Below, one piece after another: positions 8,238-17,742 of a stretch of 49,867 bases of DNA. Positions within the stretch are counted from its first letter, which is position 1; the number at the start of each line of letters is the position of its first letter. Below the pieces are notes generated by a model, which made no database searches, was not told where the DNA came from, and saw only the letters and a program-made list of their open reading frames with translations. Location: IMG/VR virus record IMGVR_UViG_3300012953_006946, positions 1 through 49,867 of that record; one strand, written 5' to 3'. The position numbers and the translations under genes were made by a program. This DNA comes from a virus (Duplodnaviria > Caudoviricetes).

Positions 8238-10241
8238 ATGGCAAAATCTAAAATATATTCTCATTACGATCCGAAAAAAGGAATGGTTGACTCACTTGCG
8301 CCGCCTGCAGGATCTGGAGGAGATCAGGGTTTTCAAGTCTTAGGAGACGCTGCATTATTTACTCAAGGCCTTAGTGGTTCATTAACACATCTCTCTGACG
8401 GAACTTCTTATCTTGTAGCTGGATCCAATGTTACGATTACATCAGCCTCTAATGGTCAAATCACAATTAATGCCGAAGACACCGCGGGCTTCGGTACCGG
8501 TGTCGGCTGGTTTGCTCCCAGTCTTAATGTAATTTCAACATCCGGCTCGGTTTTCTTTGGTGTAGATTCCGGGACAACTAATCCTGATATCACATTTGGG
8601 GATAACGGTTCTGCAAACTTTAATGTACAGGGCGGCGCCGACGGGGACTTTAAGGTTTCTTCCAATACTAAGACCCACGCGCTTTTTGTCAATGCGAGAT
8701 CAGAAAAAGTCTTTATTCTTTCCGGCAGTGATGTGACCGGCGCCGATGGGACAGATGTAAATTTCTTTGTTTCCGGGTCAATTGGAGCCAAGGACAGTGC
8801 TGTCAAAGGAACGTCGGTATTCGGCGGCGATATGATGGTGTCGGGAACGCTGGTTGCAAACAGATCAGACGACGGTGCCAACCCTGCCATAAAAATAGAT
8901 AAAGATTACACAGGAACAACTGACGTCGGCAGCTTGCTCTCAGGTGGCACCGACCCTGCCGGGCTGGTGGTTGATTACGACGTGACGGGTATAGTTGCAT
9001 CCGGACAGACAGCTTATCATGATGCGATCGCTGTTCATTATAATCAGGATGCTCCTACACATGTTGGTACGTGCAACGCCACCGGGGCTGATATTCGAAT
9101 GACCGGTGGAACATCGGGCGATCAAACGATTAAAGGGGCAGCTGTAAGGCTCGTCGGAGCATCCAACTGCATAGGACTTGATATTCAAGTACCTGATGGC
9201 GAAACTAGCTTTATAGCTCGTTCAGGCGCGACAATCGTAGACTTCTTCAAGATTTCAGTAGACACAAACGGAGTCACCAAATTACTTACTCAAGATGGTA
9301 TTGGAGGGTCGCTAGCGAATCTCGTATTAGATGTCGACGGCGATATCAATATTGAAGGAGCCACCGGAAAAGAAGTAGTTTTTAACGAAGCCGGTGTGAA
9401 CGTGGACTTCAGAGTCGAGTCTGACGGTGAAGACGAAGCAATATTCCTAGATGCTAGTGCGAATACTTTATACATCAATAAAGGCGAGACAGCATTCACT
9501 ACGACAATTGGAAGTACAAACGATGAAGCTGTCAGAATCGGTGCGGCAGGAGTTATCTTCAATGAGGATGGTCATGCCACAAACGATTTTAGAGTCGAGA
9601 CGAACAACAAAACCCACGCATTATTTGTTGACTCAGGGAACGATCAAGTCATCTTTCATTCAGCTTCTTCAGTTGCTGGGGACGTTTCTTTTTATGTTTC
9701 CGGGAGTACAGGCACGACCGTCGGGGTTTCTCTTTTTGGTGGGGATCTGTTTACTAGTGGTAACATGCATGTAGGTACAGTAGCTTCAGATTCAGGTGGA
9801 ACAGCACTTTATCTAAAAAACGACAAAGTCATCTTCAATTCTTCGGACGCTAGATTAAAGACAAATATTCGCAATATTGAAAATCCATTAGATAAGGTTA
9901 CATCACTTGTAGGCTATCGTTACAATTCCGTAGATGATAGTAACGGATCTGACTACTTTGGGTTCTTGGGTCAAGAAGTTGAGAAAATAGCTCCTGAATT
10001 ATCATATACCACACCCAATGGTTACATGGGTGTAAGGTATGCAGAGACGACTGCTTTGCTAGTGGAGGCTATTAAAGAGCTTAAGGGCGAAGTGAATCGT
10101 TTAGGTGACGAATTAAAAGACACTAAAGTACAGCTGGCAGAAGCTCACAATAAGATATCCGAACTAGACACGGACGTAGACCAAGTATTCGAAAATCTAA
10201 CTGCATATGTGGACCAAAAGCATGTCGAAAACAAGAAGTAG
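8238..10241 (+). CDS. Tail fibre/spike protein with C-terminal intramolecular chaperone (peptidase S74) domain
   Basis: Gly/Ser/Thr/Asp-rich beta repeats. SSDARLKTNI...GFLGQEVE..APEL..Y...LLVEAIKEL followed by a coiled coil. Confidence 0.88.
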   Translation: MAKSKIYSHYDPKKGMVDSLAPPAGSGGDQGFQVLGDAALFTQGLSGSLTHLSDGTSYLVAGSNVTITSASNGQITINAEDTAGFGTGVGWFAPSLNVISTSGSVFFGVDSGTTNPDITFGDNGSANFNVQGGADGDFKVSSNTKTHALFVNARSEKVFILSGSDVTGADGTDVNFFVSGSIGAKDSAVKGTSVFGGDMMVSGTLVANRSDDGANPAIKIDKDYTGTTDVGSLLSGGTDPAGLVVDYDVTGIVASGQTAYHDAIAVHYNQDAPTHVGTCNATGADIRMTGGTSGDQTIKGAAVRLVGASNCIGLDIQVPDGETSFIARSGATIVDFFKISVDTNGVTKLLTQDGIGGSLANLVLDVDGDINIEGATGKEVVFNEAGVNVDFRVESDGEDEAIFLDASANTLYINKGETAFTTTIGSTNDEAVRIGAAGVIFNEDGHATNDFRVETNNKTHALFVDSGNDQVIFHSASSVAGDVSFYVSGSTGTTVGVSLFGGDLFTSGNMHVGTVASDSGGTALYLKNDKVIFNSSDARLKTNIRNIENPLDKVTSLVGYRYNSVDDSNGSDYFGFLGQEVEKIAPELSYTTPNGYMGVRYAETTALLVEAIKELKGEVNRLGDELKDTKVQLAEAHNKISELDTDVDQVFENLTAYVDQKHVENKK

Positions 10242-10257
10242 AATTTCTTAATAGATT

Positions 10258-10286
10258 GTTTACTGCATTAGCTCACAGTCCATACT
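10258..10286 (+). promoter_or_regulatory. Putative sigma70/T4-early-like promoter GTTTAC-N17-CATACT
   Basis: Intergenic, directly upstream of the yeaH-like gene. Confidence 0.4.
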
Positions 10287-10296
10287 TAGAAAAGAC

Positions 10297-11493
10297 ATGT
10301 CTGTATTTAAAGAACATAAAAGAACCGCTGATCGATCATCTTCTGATCGAATGAGGCACAAAAAGAAGATTGAAAAAGCCATTCGAGAGGGTGTACACAA
10401 CATCGTCTCTGAAGAATCTATTATCGGTCAGGATGGAAAAAAGAAAATAAAGATTCCAGTAAGAGGAATCAAGGAATACAAATTTATCTATGGCGATAAC
10501 GATCAAAACAAAAAAGTAGGATCGGCCCCTGGAAAAGACTTGAGAAAAGGTCAAAAAGTTGGCGAAGCTCAAAAAAAGAAACAAAAAGGAAATCCTCAGA
10601 AAGCAGGAGATGAAAAAGGCACAGAATATTATGAAGTAGAAATTACTTTAGAAGAGCTATCTCATTACCTCTTTAAAGATTTAGAGCTTCCGGATCTAGA
10701 AAAGAAGTCTTTAAAAAATATTGTGTCCGAAAAATTTCAAAGACATGGCTATAGAGACTCAGGAATTAGACCTCGCCTGGACAAGAGAGAAACTCTTAAG
10801 AAAAAACTTAAGAGAAAAATGGCGGCAAAGCGCTACCATGAAGACAATGGCACAGAATTTAATGAAGAAGAGTTTTCTTTCCACGATGACGATCTAAGAT
10901 ATCGTCATATTAAAAAAACTTCAAAAGAATCCAGCAACGCAGTAATATTTTTTCTTATGGATATTTCTGGATCGATGACAAATGAAAAAAAGTTTTTAGC
11001 CAGAAGCTTCTATTTTTTACTATATCATTTTCTTAGGCACAAATATGATAAAATTGAAATAGTATTTGTTGCACATGACACAGTTGCCTACGAAGTAAAT
11101 GAGGATCAATTTTTTACTAGAGGACAATCAGGAGGAACAATTGTTTCTTCAGGTCTAGAAAAAGTGTTGGAAATTATTAATTCTAGATTTCACCCTGATA
11201 GTTGGAATGTTTACTGCTTTCAATGCTCGGACGGTGACAATTGGCCCTCTGACATTGAAAAGACACAAAATTTAGCAGAGAAGATAAAAAACGTTTGTCA
11301 GCTGTTTGGTTACTGTGAGATTGAACCTGATAGTGAGAGGCTTAAGTGGGTTGATGAAAGCTCTCGGATGTCTACAACATACACACACCTGGAAGATAAA
11401 AACTTTAAGATTGTTAAAATATTTCAAAAGCAAGATATTTGGCCATCTTTTCAAACTTTGTTTGGGAAGAAAGCACTAACGGTAGGGGTTTAA
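10297..11493 (+). CDS. yeaH: YeaH/YhbH family (DUF444) vWA-domain protein
   Basis: DRMRHKKKI N-terminus, DDLRY, MDISGSM (MIDAS), SGGT, SDGDNW, FGYCEI. Confidence 0.9.
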   Translation: MSVFKEHKRTADRSSSDRMRHKKKIEKAIREGVHNIVSEESIIGQDGKKKIKIPVRGIKEYKFIYGDNDQNKKVGSAPGKDLRKGQKVGEAQKKKQKGNPQKAGDEKGTEYYEVEITLEELSHYLFKDLELPDLEKKSLKNIVSEKFQRHGYRDSGIRPRLDKRETLKKKLKRKMAAKRYHEDNGTEFNEEEFSFHDDDLRYRHIKKTSKESSNAVIFFLMDISGSMTNEKKFLARSFYFLLYHFLRHKYDKIEIVFVAHDTVAYEVNEDQFFTRGQSGGTIVSSGLEKVLEIINSRFHPDSWNVYCFQCSDGDNWPSDIEKTQNLAEKIKNVCQLFGYCEIEPDSERLKWVDESSRMSTTYTHLEDKNFKIVKIFQKQDIWPSFQTLFGKKALTVGV

Positions 11494-11494
11494 A

Positions 11495-12802
11495 ATGTCT
11501 GATTGGGACTTTAAATTTTTAGAAGAGTGGGACAGCAGAATAAACGATCTGGCATCAGAGCCTGGACTAGATTGGTACCCTATCGTCTATGAAGTCTGTG
11601 ATTATTATTCTATGATCGGACATATGTCGTACCACGGAATGCCTTCTCACTACGGTCATTGGTCATTTGGCAAAAGCTTTGAAAGAACACATCAAATGTA
11701 TGATATGGGTCAACAAGGTCTACCTTATGAGCTTATTATTAATGCCAATCCATCCATAGCATATTTGATGCGAGAAAACCCAGCATACCTTCAGTTACTT
11801 ATCATGTGTCACTGTGTTGGTCATTCTGACTTTTTTAAGAATAATAGGATGTTTAAAGACACAAGAGCAGACTCTGTTGTTTCAAGATTTCGTGCTGCAA
11901 AAAAAAGAATTCAGTCATATGTTGAAGATCCGACTATTGGAATAGAAGAGGTTGAACTAATACTTGATGCAGCACACTCAGTACAATTTCAGACTTATCG
12001 TCATGGTTTTCATAGACCATCTGAAGAAGAGCTTCGAAAGAAGTACGTTAAATTAATAAAAGAAGATGAGACTGGTGAATATAAAAATTTTGATTTGTAC
12101 AAGACTCCTCTAGAGCCGGAATACGATCTTCTTAAATTTATTGCTGAAAATGCAACCAATATGCCTGATTGGAAAAAAGATATTATTCATATTGTTAGAG
12201 ATCAGGCACAATATTTTATCCCACAAATTCAAACAAAAATTATGAATGAGGGGTGGGCCAGCTATTGGCACTACACACTTATGCACGATTTAAACCTGCC
12301 TCAAGAATATCACATTCCTTTCATAAAAAGTCACAACCAAGTCATTCGTCCACATGTAGGAGGTTTAAACCCATATCATGTAGGCTTCTTTATGTTTCAA
12401 AAAATAAAAGAAAGATATGGAATTGAAGAATGTTTCTTGGCAAGAGAAGTTTCAAATGATGTGTCTTTTCTTAGGCAGTACATGACCGAAGAAGACTGTG
12501 CTGAACTGGGTCTATTTTCTTTTTCTAGGAAGAAAGAAAATTATGAGATAGACAACATATCAGATGAAGATGGATGGAAAGTTGTAAAACAGAATCTTCT
12601 TAGTAATATTGGTACTAACGGAATTCCTGTAATATATGCCGATGATATTGAAGAAGGAAATGTTCTTGTGCTTAAGCACGAACATGATGGAAGAGACTTA
12701 GACTTACAGTATTCTGATGAGGTTATTATGCATGTTAGTGATCTTTGGGGTGACGTTGTTAAGTTTCATACAATTGTTGAAGGGGAATCGTGGGAGATTT
12801 GA
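11495..12802 (+). CDS. spoVR: SpoVR/YcgB family protein
   Basis: GMPSHYGHWSFGK, YELIIN.NP, HCVGHSDFFKNN, QTKIMNEGWASYWH, NPYHVG. Confidence 0.93.
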   Translation: MSDWDFKFLEEWDSRINDLASEPGLDWYPIVYEVCDYYSMIGHMSYHGMPSHYGHWSFGKSFERTHQMYDMGQQGLPYELIINANPSIAYLMRENPAYLQLLIMCHCVGHSDFFKNNRMFKDTRADSVVSRFRAAKKRIQSYVEDPTIGIEEVELILDAAHSVQFQTYRHGFHRPSEEELRKKYVKLIKEDETGEYKNFDLYKTPLEPEYDLLKFIAENATNMPDWKKDIIHIVRDQAQYFIPQIQTKIMNEGWASYWHYTLMHDLNLPQEYHIPFIKSHNQVIRPHVGGLNPYHVGFFMFQKIKERYGIEECFLAREVSNDVSFLRQYMTEEDCAELGLFSFSRKKENYEIDNISDEDGWKVVKQNLLSNIGTNGIPVIYADDIEEGNVLVLKHEHDGRDLDLQYSDEVIMHVSDLWGDVVKFHTIVEGESWEI

Positions 12803-12841
12803 CCATATTTATAAACAAGCCAGGACGGGTATGATTACACT

Positions 12842-14779
12842 ATGAGCACTACTGATAAAAAGAACAAATTTCTACAAGTTATTGAAAAACAACGCGCTCA
12901 AAAGAAGCGTAAAAAATTCGAGGGCACATTTCTAGATTATTTAGAAATAATTAAAAAAGATCCGAGCATTGTTAAGTTGGCTCACAAACGCCTTTACGAT
13001 GTTATAACAGATCACGGATCAGAAGTATTACAAGATTCTGACTCTAGAAAAAACAAAATCTTTGATGGTGATAATGTAAAAATTTACAACTATTTTAAGG
13101 ATGAATTTTTTGGGATGGAAAGAGTGATATCAAAAGTGATGAGATATCTTAGGTCTGCTTCACTGAAAGGTGAAGAAAGTAGACAGGTTATCTTGTTTAT
13201 GGGTCCTGTGGGCGCGGGTAAGTCTGCTTTGACAGAACACATTAAATCATCACTAGATCAGCAACCTTACTATTATCTCAAGGGAGATCCTCAAAGCGGC
13301 GAACCGCTCCACTTAGTGCCTAGAGGTCTTAGAAAAGCTTTTGAAGAGATGTTGGACGTCAACATCGAAGGTGACTTAAGTCCTGTAGCACGTCACAAAC
13401 TTCTAGAAGAGTACGATGGAAAATATGAGAATTTTCCTGTTATAGAAACTACTTTTTCTCAAAGAGGAAGAAGAGGCATTGCTTCTGTGCCGCCTATGGA
13501 TGCTAACAGTCAAGATGTTTCTGTCTTGATAGGCTCTGAAGATATTTCGAAGCTAGATAAGTATCCAGAGGATGACCCACGTGTTCTGTCCCTTAACGGC
13601 GCGTTTAACGTCGGTAATAGAGGTATTGTAGAGCTAGTCGAAGTTTTTAAAAATGAGATTGAATTTCTTCACACCATGATTACAGCGACTCAAGAGAAGA
13701 GAGTTCCTTCGCCCGGGAAACATGACATGATCTACTTTGATGGTGTTATTTTAGCACACTGCAATGAAGCAGAATGGAATAGATTTCAGTCAGAACATAC
13801 GAATGAAGCTATTCTAGATAGAATTGTAAAAATTAATGTGCCGTACGTTCTAGAGCTGTGTCAGGAAATGAAAATATATCAGAAAATTCTTAAGAAGTCT
13901 GACTTTAAAGCACACATTGCCCCTCATACTCTGAAAGTAGCGTCGATGTTCTCGGTCATGTCTAGACTTAAGCCATCACAGAAGTGCGATGTACTTACCA
14001 AGATGAAGATATATAACGGTGAAGATGTAATAGAGAAAGGACGCGTAAAGAAGGTCGACATTAAAGATTTAAGAGAAGAAGCGCGTGGCGAAGGAATGAA
14101 AGGTATTTCTACAAGATTCATTATGAAAGCCATTGATAATTCTCTCTCAGATGCAGAGAAAAATGTAGTCACTCCGGTCTCGATTATGGACTCGCTTAAT
14201 AAACAAGTAAAAGAGCAGCTAGTCGATGAAGAACTAAGAGACAGATGTCTAGAACTTCTTAAAGTAGTTCGAGAAGAATATCTTAAAATTCTAGAAACAG
14301 AAATTGCAAAAGCATTTGTCACAGCGTATGAAGAGCAGGCACAATCACTATTTGATACTTACCTCGATAATGCTGAGGCTTACACTACACATCAAAAGAT
14401 GAAAGATAGAGTCACCAAAGAAGAAAGAAAACCTGATGAAAATTTCATGAAGTCTATTGAAGAGCAAATTGGAATCGTAGGTTCTTCAAAAGACGGGTTT
14501 AGAAGTGACGTGACCGCGTACATGTTTGCAAAAATGAGAAGAGGAGAGACTATAACTTACAATAGTTATGAACCTCTTAAGGAAGCAATTGAGAGCTACC
14601 TCATAAATTCTGTTAAAGACATGGCAAGAATTGTTACAAAGTCTAAAACAAGAGACGATGAACAAAAACAAAAGTACAGTGATATGGTCAATACTTTAGT
14701 TGAAGAGTATGGCTATATACCTGAGAGCGCTGAAGAAATTATTACATTCGCTAGCAACAATCTTTGGCGAGACAGCTAA
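12842..14779 (+). CDS. prkA: PrkA/YeaG family AAA+ serine protein kinase
   Basis: FFGME, Walker A GPVGAGKS, NRGIVELVEVFK, HCNEAE, EGMKGISTRF. Confidence 0.95.
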   Translation: MSTTDKKNKFLQVIEKQRAQKKRKKFEGTFLDYLEIIKKDPSIVKLAHKRLYDVITDHGSEVLQDSDSRKNKIFDGDNVKIYNYFKDEFFGMERVISKVMRYLRSASLKGEESRQVILFMGPVGAGKSALTEHIKSSLDQQPYYYLKGDPQSGEPLHLVPRGLRKAFEEMLDVNIEGDLSPVARHKLLEEYDGKYENFPVIETTFSQRGRRGIASVPPMDANSQDVSVLIGSEDISKLDKYPEDDPRVLSLNGAFNVGNRGIVELVEVFKNEIEFLHTMITATQEKRVPSPGKHDMIYFDGVILAHCNEAEWNRFQSEHTNEAILDRIVKINVPYVLELCQEMKIYQKILKKSDFKAHIAPHTLKVASMFSVMSRLKPSQKCDVLTKMKIYNGEDVIEKGRVKKVDIKDLREEARGEGMKGISTRFIMKAIDNSLSDAEKNVVTPVSIMDSLNKQVKEQLVDEELRDRCLELLKVVREEYLKILETEIAKAFVTAYEEQAQSLFDTYLDNAEAYTTHQKMKDRVTKEERKPDENFMKSIEEQIGIVGSSKDGFRSDVTAYMFAKMRRGETITYNSYEPLKEAIESYLINSVKDMARIVTKSKTRDDEQKQKYSDMVNTLVEEYGYIPESAEEIITFASNNLWRDS

Positions 14780-14797
14780 GCTTTAAACAAAAAAACT

Positions 14798-14827
14798 GTG
14801 TACAGTACACTTGTTCTCTATTATAAT
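14798..14827 (+). promoter_or_regulatory. Putative promoter GTGTAC-N18-TATAAT; the -35 lies in the palindrome GTGTAC-A-GTACAC
   Basis: Consensus TATAAT at 14822-14827, followed by a GAGGAG RBS. Confidence 0.6.
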
Positions 14828-14847
14828 TGTAACAGAGGAGTACTGTA

Positions 14848-15123
14848 ATGAAGATTAAGATTCAACTTCCAGAAATATTTGTTATCTGCAGCACAGCATT
14901 GCTAATTTCTAATTCTGTTGTTGCCGGATGGGTTTTCTTTTCTTTAGGCATCCTAGGTTCTTTGTTTAGGTTAGGAATAAAGATGCAAGAACAGCAACAG
15001 CAAGCTGCCGCTGTTAAAGACAGCGTTGATGTACTAAAAGGTTCAGCAGACGAATTTTTAAATGCAATCAATGATGCAATGTCCGGAAAGAAGAATAACG
15101 TAAAAAAAAATAACCTAAACTAG
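14848..15123 (+). CDS. Small membrane protein with two TM helices
   Basis: Hydrophobic N-terminal half. GAGGAG RBS. Confidence 0.7.
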   Translation: MKIKIQLPEIFVICSTALLISNSVVAGWVFFSLGILGSLFRLGIKMQEQQQQAAAVKDSVDVLKGSADEFLNAINDAMSGKKNNVKKNNLN

Positions 15124-15130
15124 CACTTAA

Positions 15131-16489
15131 ATGTATACCGATGTTGTTCAATCACAGAGCGCTAAAAAAGAGCTTTTTGTCTTTACTAGAAAGCTTAAGA
15201 GGCTATTAAGCGATCTTGTTGAAGAAAATCTATCTGTCTCCTTTGGTTCGGATGTTATTAAGCTAGGACCTTCTGATATTGTTAGAGCAGTATCTGAGAT
15301 GAGCACAGACACACCTAGTGAGCTATCTTTTAGAAATATTATTCTAGAATGTATTGTAAGATGCGAGTCTAGACATAAAATGTCTGGAATTGTTGCCGGA
15401 TTAGCTTTTTGTGAGTCCGTTTTAACACCTTATTTCGATAAAACATTAAAGAAAGATCTTTCTAGAATAAGCCTTTATTCTAAGAAAACTAACTTAGAAG
15501 CTGCAAAAAAACTTTTAAAACGTGTTACTGGAGACAATTTTTCTAAAAGCATATTGTTTGATGCCATACAGCTAGCAGGATCTGAAGGTAGAATTGTAAT
15601 AGATAAGTCACCTAGTACAGAAACACACATAGTGACTTCTTTTGGCTATACTTTTAATGCTTCTGTCGATATTCTTTTTTCCAAAGTATCAAAAATAAAT
15701 CAGTGGAGTAGAAACAATGTTCTCTGTCTTATTGTGGACGGAGTCATTGAAAAGCCCTCAGAGTTAGAAAAGATACTATACAGTTTGTCAAAAAACAAGA
15801 TGCCGGCTGTGATTTTCGCCAGAGGCTTTAATGAAGATGTGATATCAACTATGGCAGTTAATTTTATAAGAGGTCACTTAGACGTTGTTCCTGTATGCAT
15901 ACCTTTTGATGAATTAGGAATTAATACGATCAATGATATCGCTGTTGTTTCAGGTACCGACATTGTTTCTTCTACTAAAGGTGAGTTAATTAGTCAAAAG
16001 TCTATGGAAGACTTAGTTTTACTGGACAATGTTTCGATTGACATTTTTTCCAATAAAATTATTATAGGGCACAGCAAGACAAAGCAAAATGTTTTTTATC
16101 ACTTATCACACATAAAGAAAAAACATGAAAGTACTCTTTCTAGGTACGCTAATTTTGAAGATCAAGAATCTGTTTTTGAAAAAAGAATAATGTCTTTATC
16201 GGGAGACAGCGTAAAAATTAAAATAGGAAAATTACTAGGTGAAAAAAGAGGAATAATAATTGACAGAGTACAATTTGGCCTAGGCCTATTTAATGAAATT
16301 TGTAGATTTGGATTTATTAACTTAAAAGAAATCCAGCCAAAAAACAAGCTGATTTATAAATGTGTAAAGAATCTAATAAAAATTCATTCACAAATTCCTA
16401 CACGATCTCTATTGTCAGGCATTCAGGAAGGAATAAAAATAGCAGACTTTAGCAAAAAAGTAGGCTGTATTATCTACACTGACAACTAA
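15131..16489 (+). CDS. Divergent GroEL/Cpn60-like protein (apical domain recognisable, ATP-binding motifs degenerate)
   Basis: GSEGRIVI, GYTF, CLIVDGVI, PAVIFARGFNEDV, INDIAVVSG, EKRIMSLSG align in order with GroEL intermediate/apical segments. No GDGTT motif. Confidence 0.7.
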   Translation: MYTDVVQSQSAKKELFVFTRKLKRLLSDLVEENLSVSFGSDVIKLGPSDIVRAVSEMSTDTPSELSFRNIILECIVRCESRHKMSGIVAGLAFCESVLTPYFDKTLKKDLSRISLYSKKTNLEAAKKLLKRVTGDNFSKSILFDAIQLAGSEGRIVIDKSPSTETHIVTSFGYTFNASVDILFSKVSKINQWSRNNVLCLIVDGVIEKPSELEKILYSLSKNKMPAVIFARGFNEDVISTMAVNFIRGHLDVVPVCIPFDELGINTINDIAVVSGTDIVSSTKGELISQKSMEDLVLLDNVSIDIFSNKIIIGHSKTKQNVFYHLSHIKKKHESTLSRYANFEDQESVFEKRIMSLSGDSVKIKIGKLLGEKRGIIIDRVQFGLGLFNEICRFGFINLKEIQPKNKLIYKCVKNLIKIHSQIPTRSLLSGIQEGIKIADFSKKVGCIIYTDN

Positions 16490-16493
16490 TCAA

Positions 16494-16524
16494 TTTTACT
16501 TCTTAGTGCTCTGTGCTATAAAAT
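16494..16524 (+). promoter_or_regulatory. Putative promoter TTTTAC-N17-TATAAA with extended -10 TG
   Basis: Intergenic, upstream of an AGGAG RBS and the 16556 ORF. Confidence 0.5.
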
Positions 16525-16555
16525 AGTGTTTATTGGAAGATAGGAGTTAAACATT

Positions 16556-16762
16556 ATGTCCAAGCAGAGCGAAATAGGAAAAACTTTACTAGACGTGAGA
16601 GATGTCTGTTCTCAAAGACTTCTAGTAGCTTTAATAGACCATAATAATGAAAATTCTTTAGGGCTATCAGAAGATCAGGTAGTACAATTATCTCAAAAGA
16701 TTAACGCAGAAGTTCATAAATCTTTTGATAATTGTGTTGATGCTGTTATGAGACTACTATAA
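16556..16762 (+). CDS. Hypothetical protein
   Basis: AGGAG RBS, 68-aa helical ORF in operon context. Confidence 0.7.
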   Translation: MSKQSEIGKTLLDVRDVCSQRLLVALIDHNNENSLGLSEDQVVQLSQKINAEVHKSFDNCVDAVMRLL

Positions 16763-16766
16763 GTCA

Positions 16767-17252
16767 ATGAACGAGATAGACACAGCAAAAATAAGTGGAA
16801 CAAAGCACTTAATAGAATGTCACTGTATCTTGCCTCAATACAGAGGAAAAAAGAATACAGTTTTTCATAAGTTTGTAGTCTTCTCAATGATTGATGCTAG
16901 CGATACATGTGTTCCTAAGTTTGTACAGTGTAATAACTGTAATGCAGTGCACAAAGTGTATGATATATGCAAATCAGAAATATTGCCTGGCAGAGACGAA
17001 CTTAGATCAGTCGTAACAAAGAAAGAAGTTAAACTTGGAATTAATAGAGATGTTAGAGAGATTCTAGAAACATACGACTGTGATATTTCAACTTGGGAAA
17101 TGGCAAAATTTGTGTTAGACTATGAAAAGTGGGGTACTTCTATCGTTCTCACTCAAGATAACATGGACGAAAACACACAAGGAAAAGCTCTAATATTTGA
17201 GTCTAGAAATGTTTTTAAATTGGAAAACTTTACAAGAACCAACATAATTTAA
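16767..17252 (+). CDS. Hypothetical protein with probable Zn-binding Cys/His motifs
   Basis: HLIECHC...CNNCNAVH...C. Confidence 0.7.
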   Translation: MNEIDTAKISGTKHLIECHCILPQYRGKKNTVFHKFVVFSMIDASDTCVPKFVQCNNCNAVHKVYDICKSEILPGRDELRSVVTKKEVKLGINRDVREILETYDCDISTWEMAKFVLDYEKWGTSIVLTQDNMDENTQGKALIFESRNVFKLENFTRTNII

Positions 17253-17256
17253 TACC

Positions 17257-17523
17257 ATGACAGATGAATTAAAAAAAGATAAAGTACTAGATAATGAAAA
17301 AGCAGACATGTCTGATTCATTTATGGCTCGTCAAATAGTACAAGAAATACTAAATTTTGGCGTGAGTCAAAGTCAAATGTTAAAGGTTATTCAAATTCTT
17401 TCCTTAGAGTTAGAAGATAGAGATCTTATGCTTAAGATAGACAATCTTATCGAAAGCAAAAACATGGGAGAAGGTGACACTTCCCAAAAAACAGAGGTAA
17501 AAAGCCTCATAACAAAAATTTAA
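17257..17523 (+). CDS. Hypothetical protein
   Basis: 88-aa ORF tightly packed in the operon. Confidence 0.65.
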   Translation: MTDELKKDKVLDNEKADMSDSFMARQIVQEILNFGVSQSQMLKVIQILSLELEDRDLMLKIDNLIESKNMGEGDTSQKTEVKSLITKI

Positions 17524-17538
17524 CAATAGGAGTGAAAG

Positions 17539-17733
17539 ATGTCACAGATTATCGATAAATGGAATGAGATTAAAGTTTTGGTCGAAACTATTGACCTAGA
17601 TGTTCATAAGAATGCTAATGGAAATGCTTCAGCAGGAGTTCGTGCCAGAAAGGGTCTTAGAGTTCTTAAGAGCGCAGCGTCTGATTTAGTTAAGTCAACT
17701 ATTAGTGCAGAGAAAGATAGGAAGACAACGTAA
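17539..17733 (+). CDS. Histone H1-like Hc1 family small DNA-binding protein
   Basis: GNASAGVRARKGL..LK matches the Hc1 GNKAAG.RARK motif. AGGAG RBS. Confidence 0.8.
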   Translation: MSQIIDKWNEIKVLVETIDLDVHKNANGNASAGVRARKGLRVLKSAASDLVKSTISAEKDRKTT

Positions 17734-17742
17734 TTAAATAAC

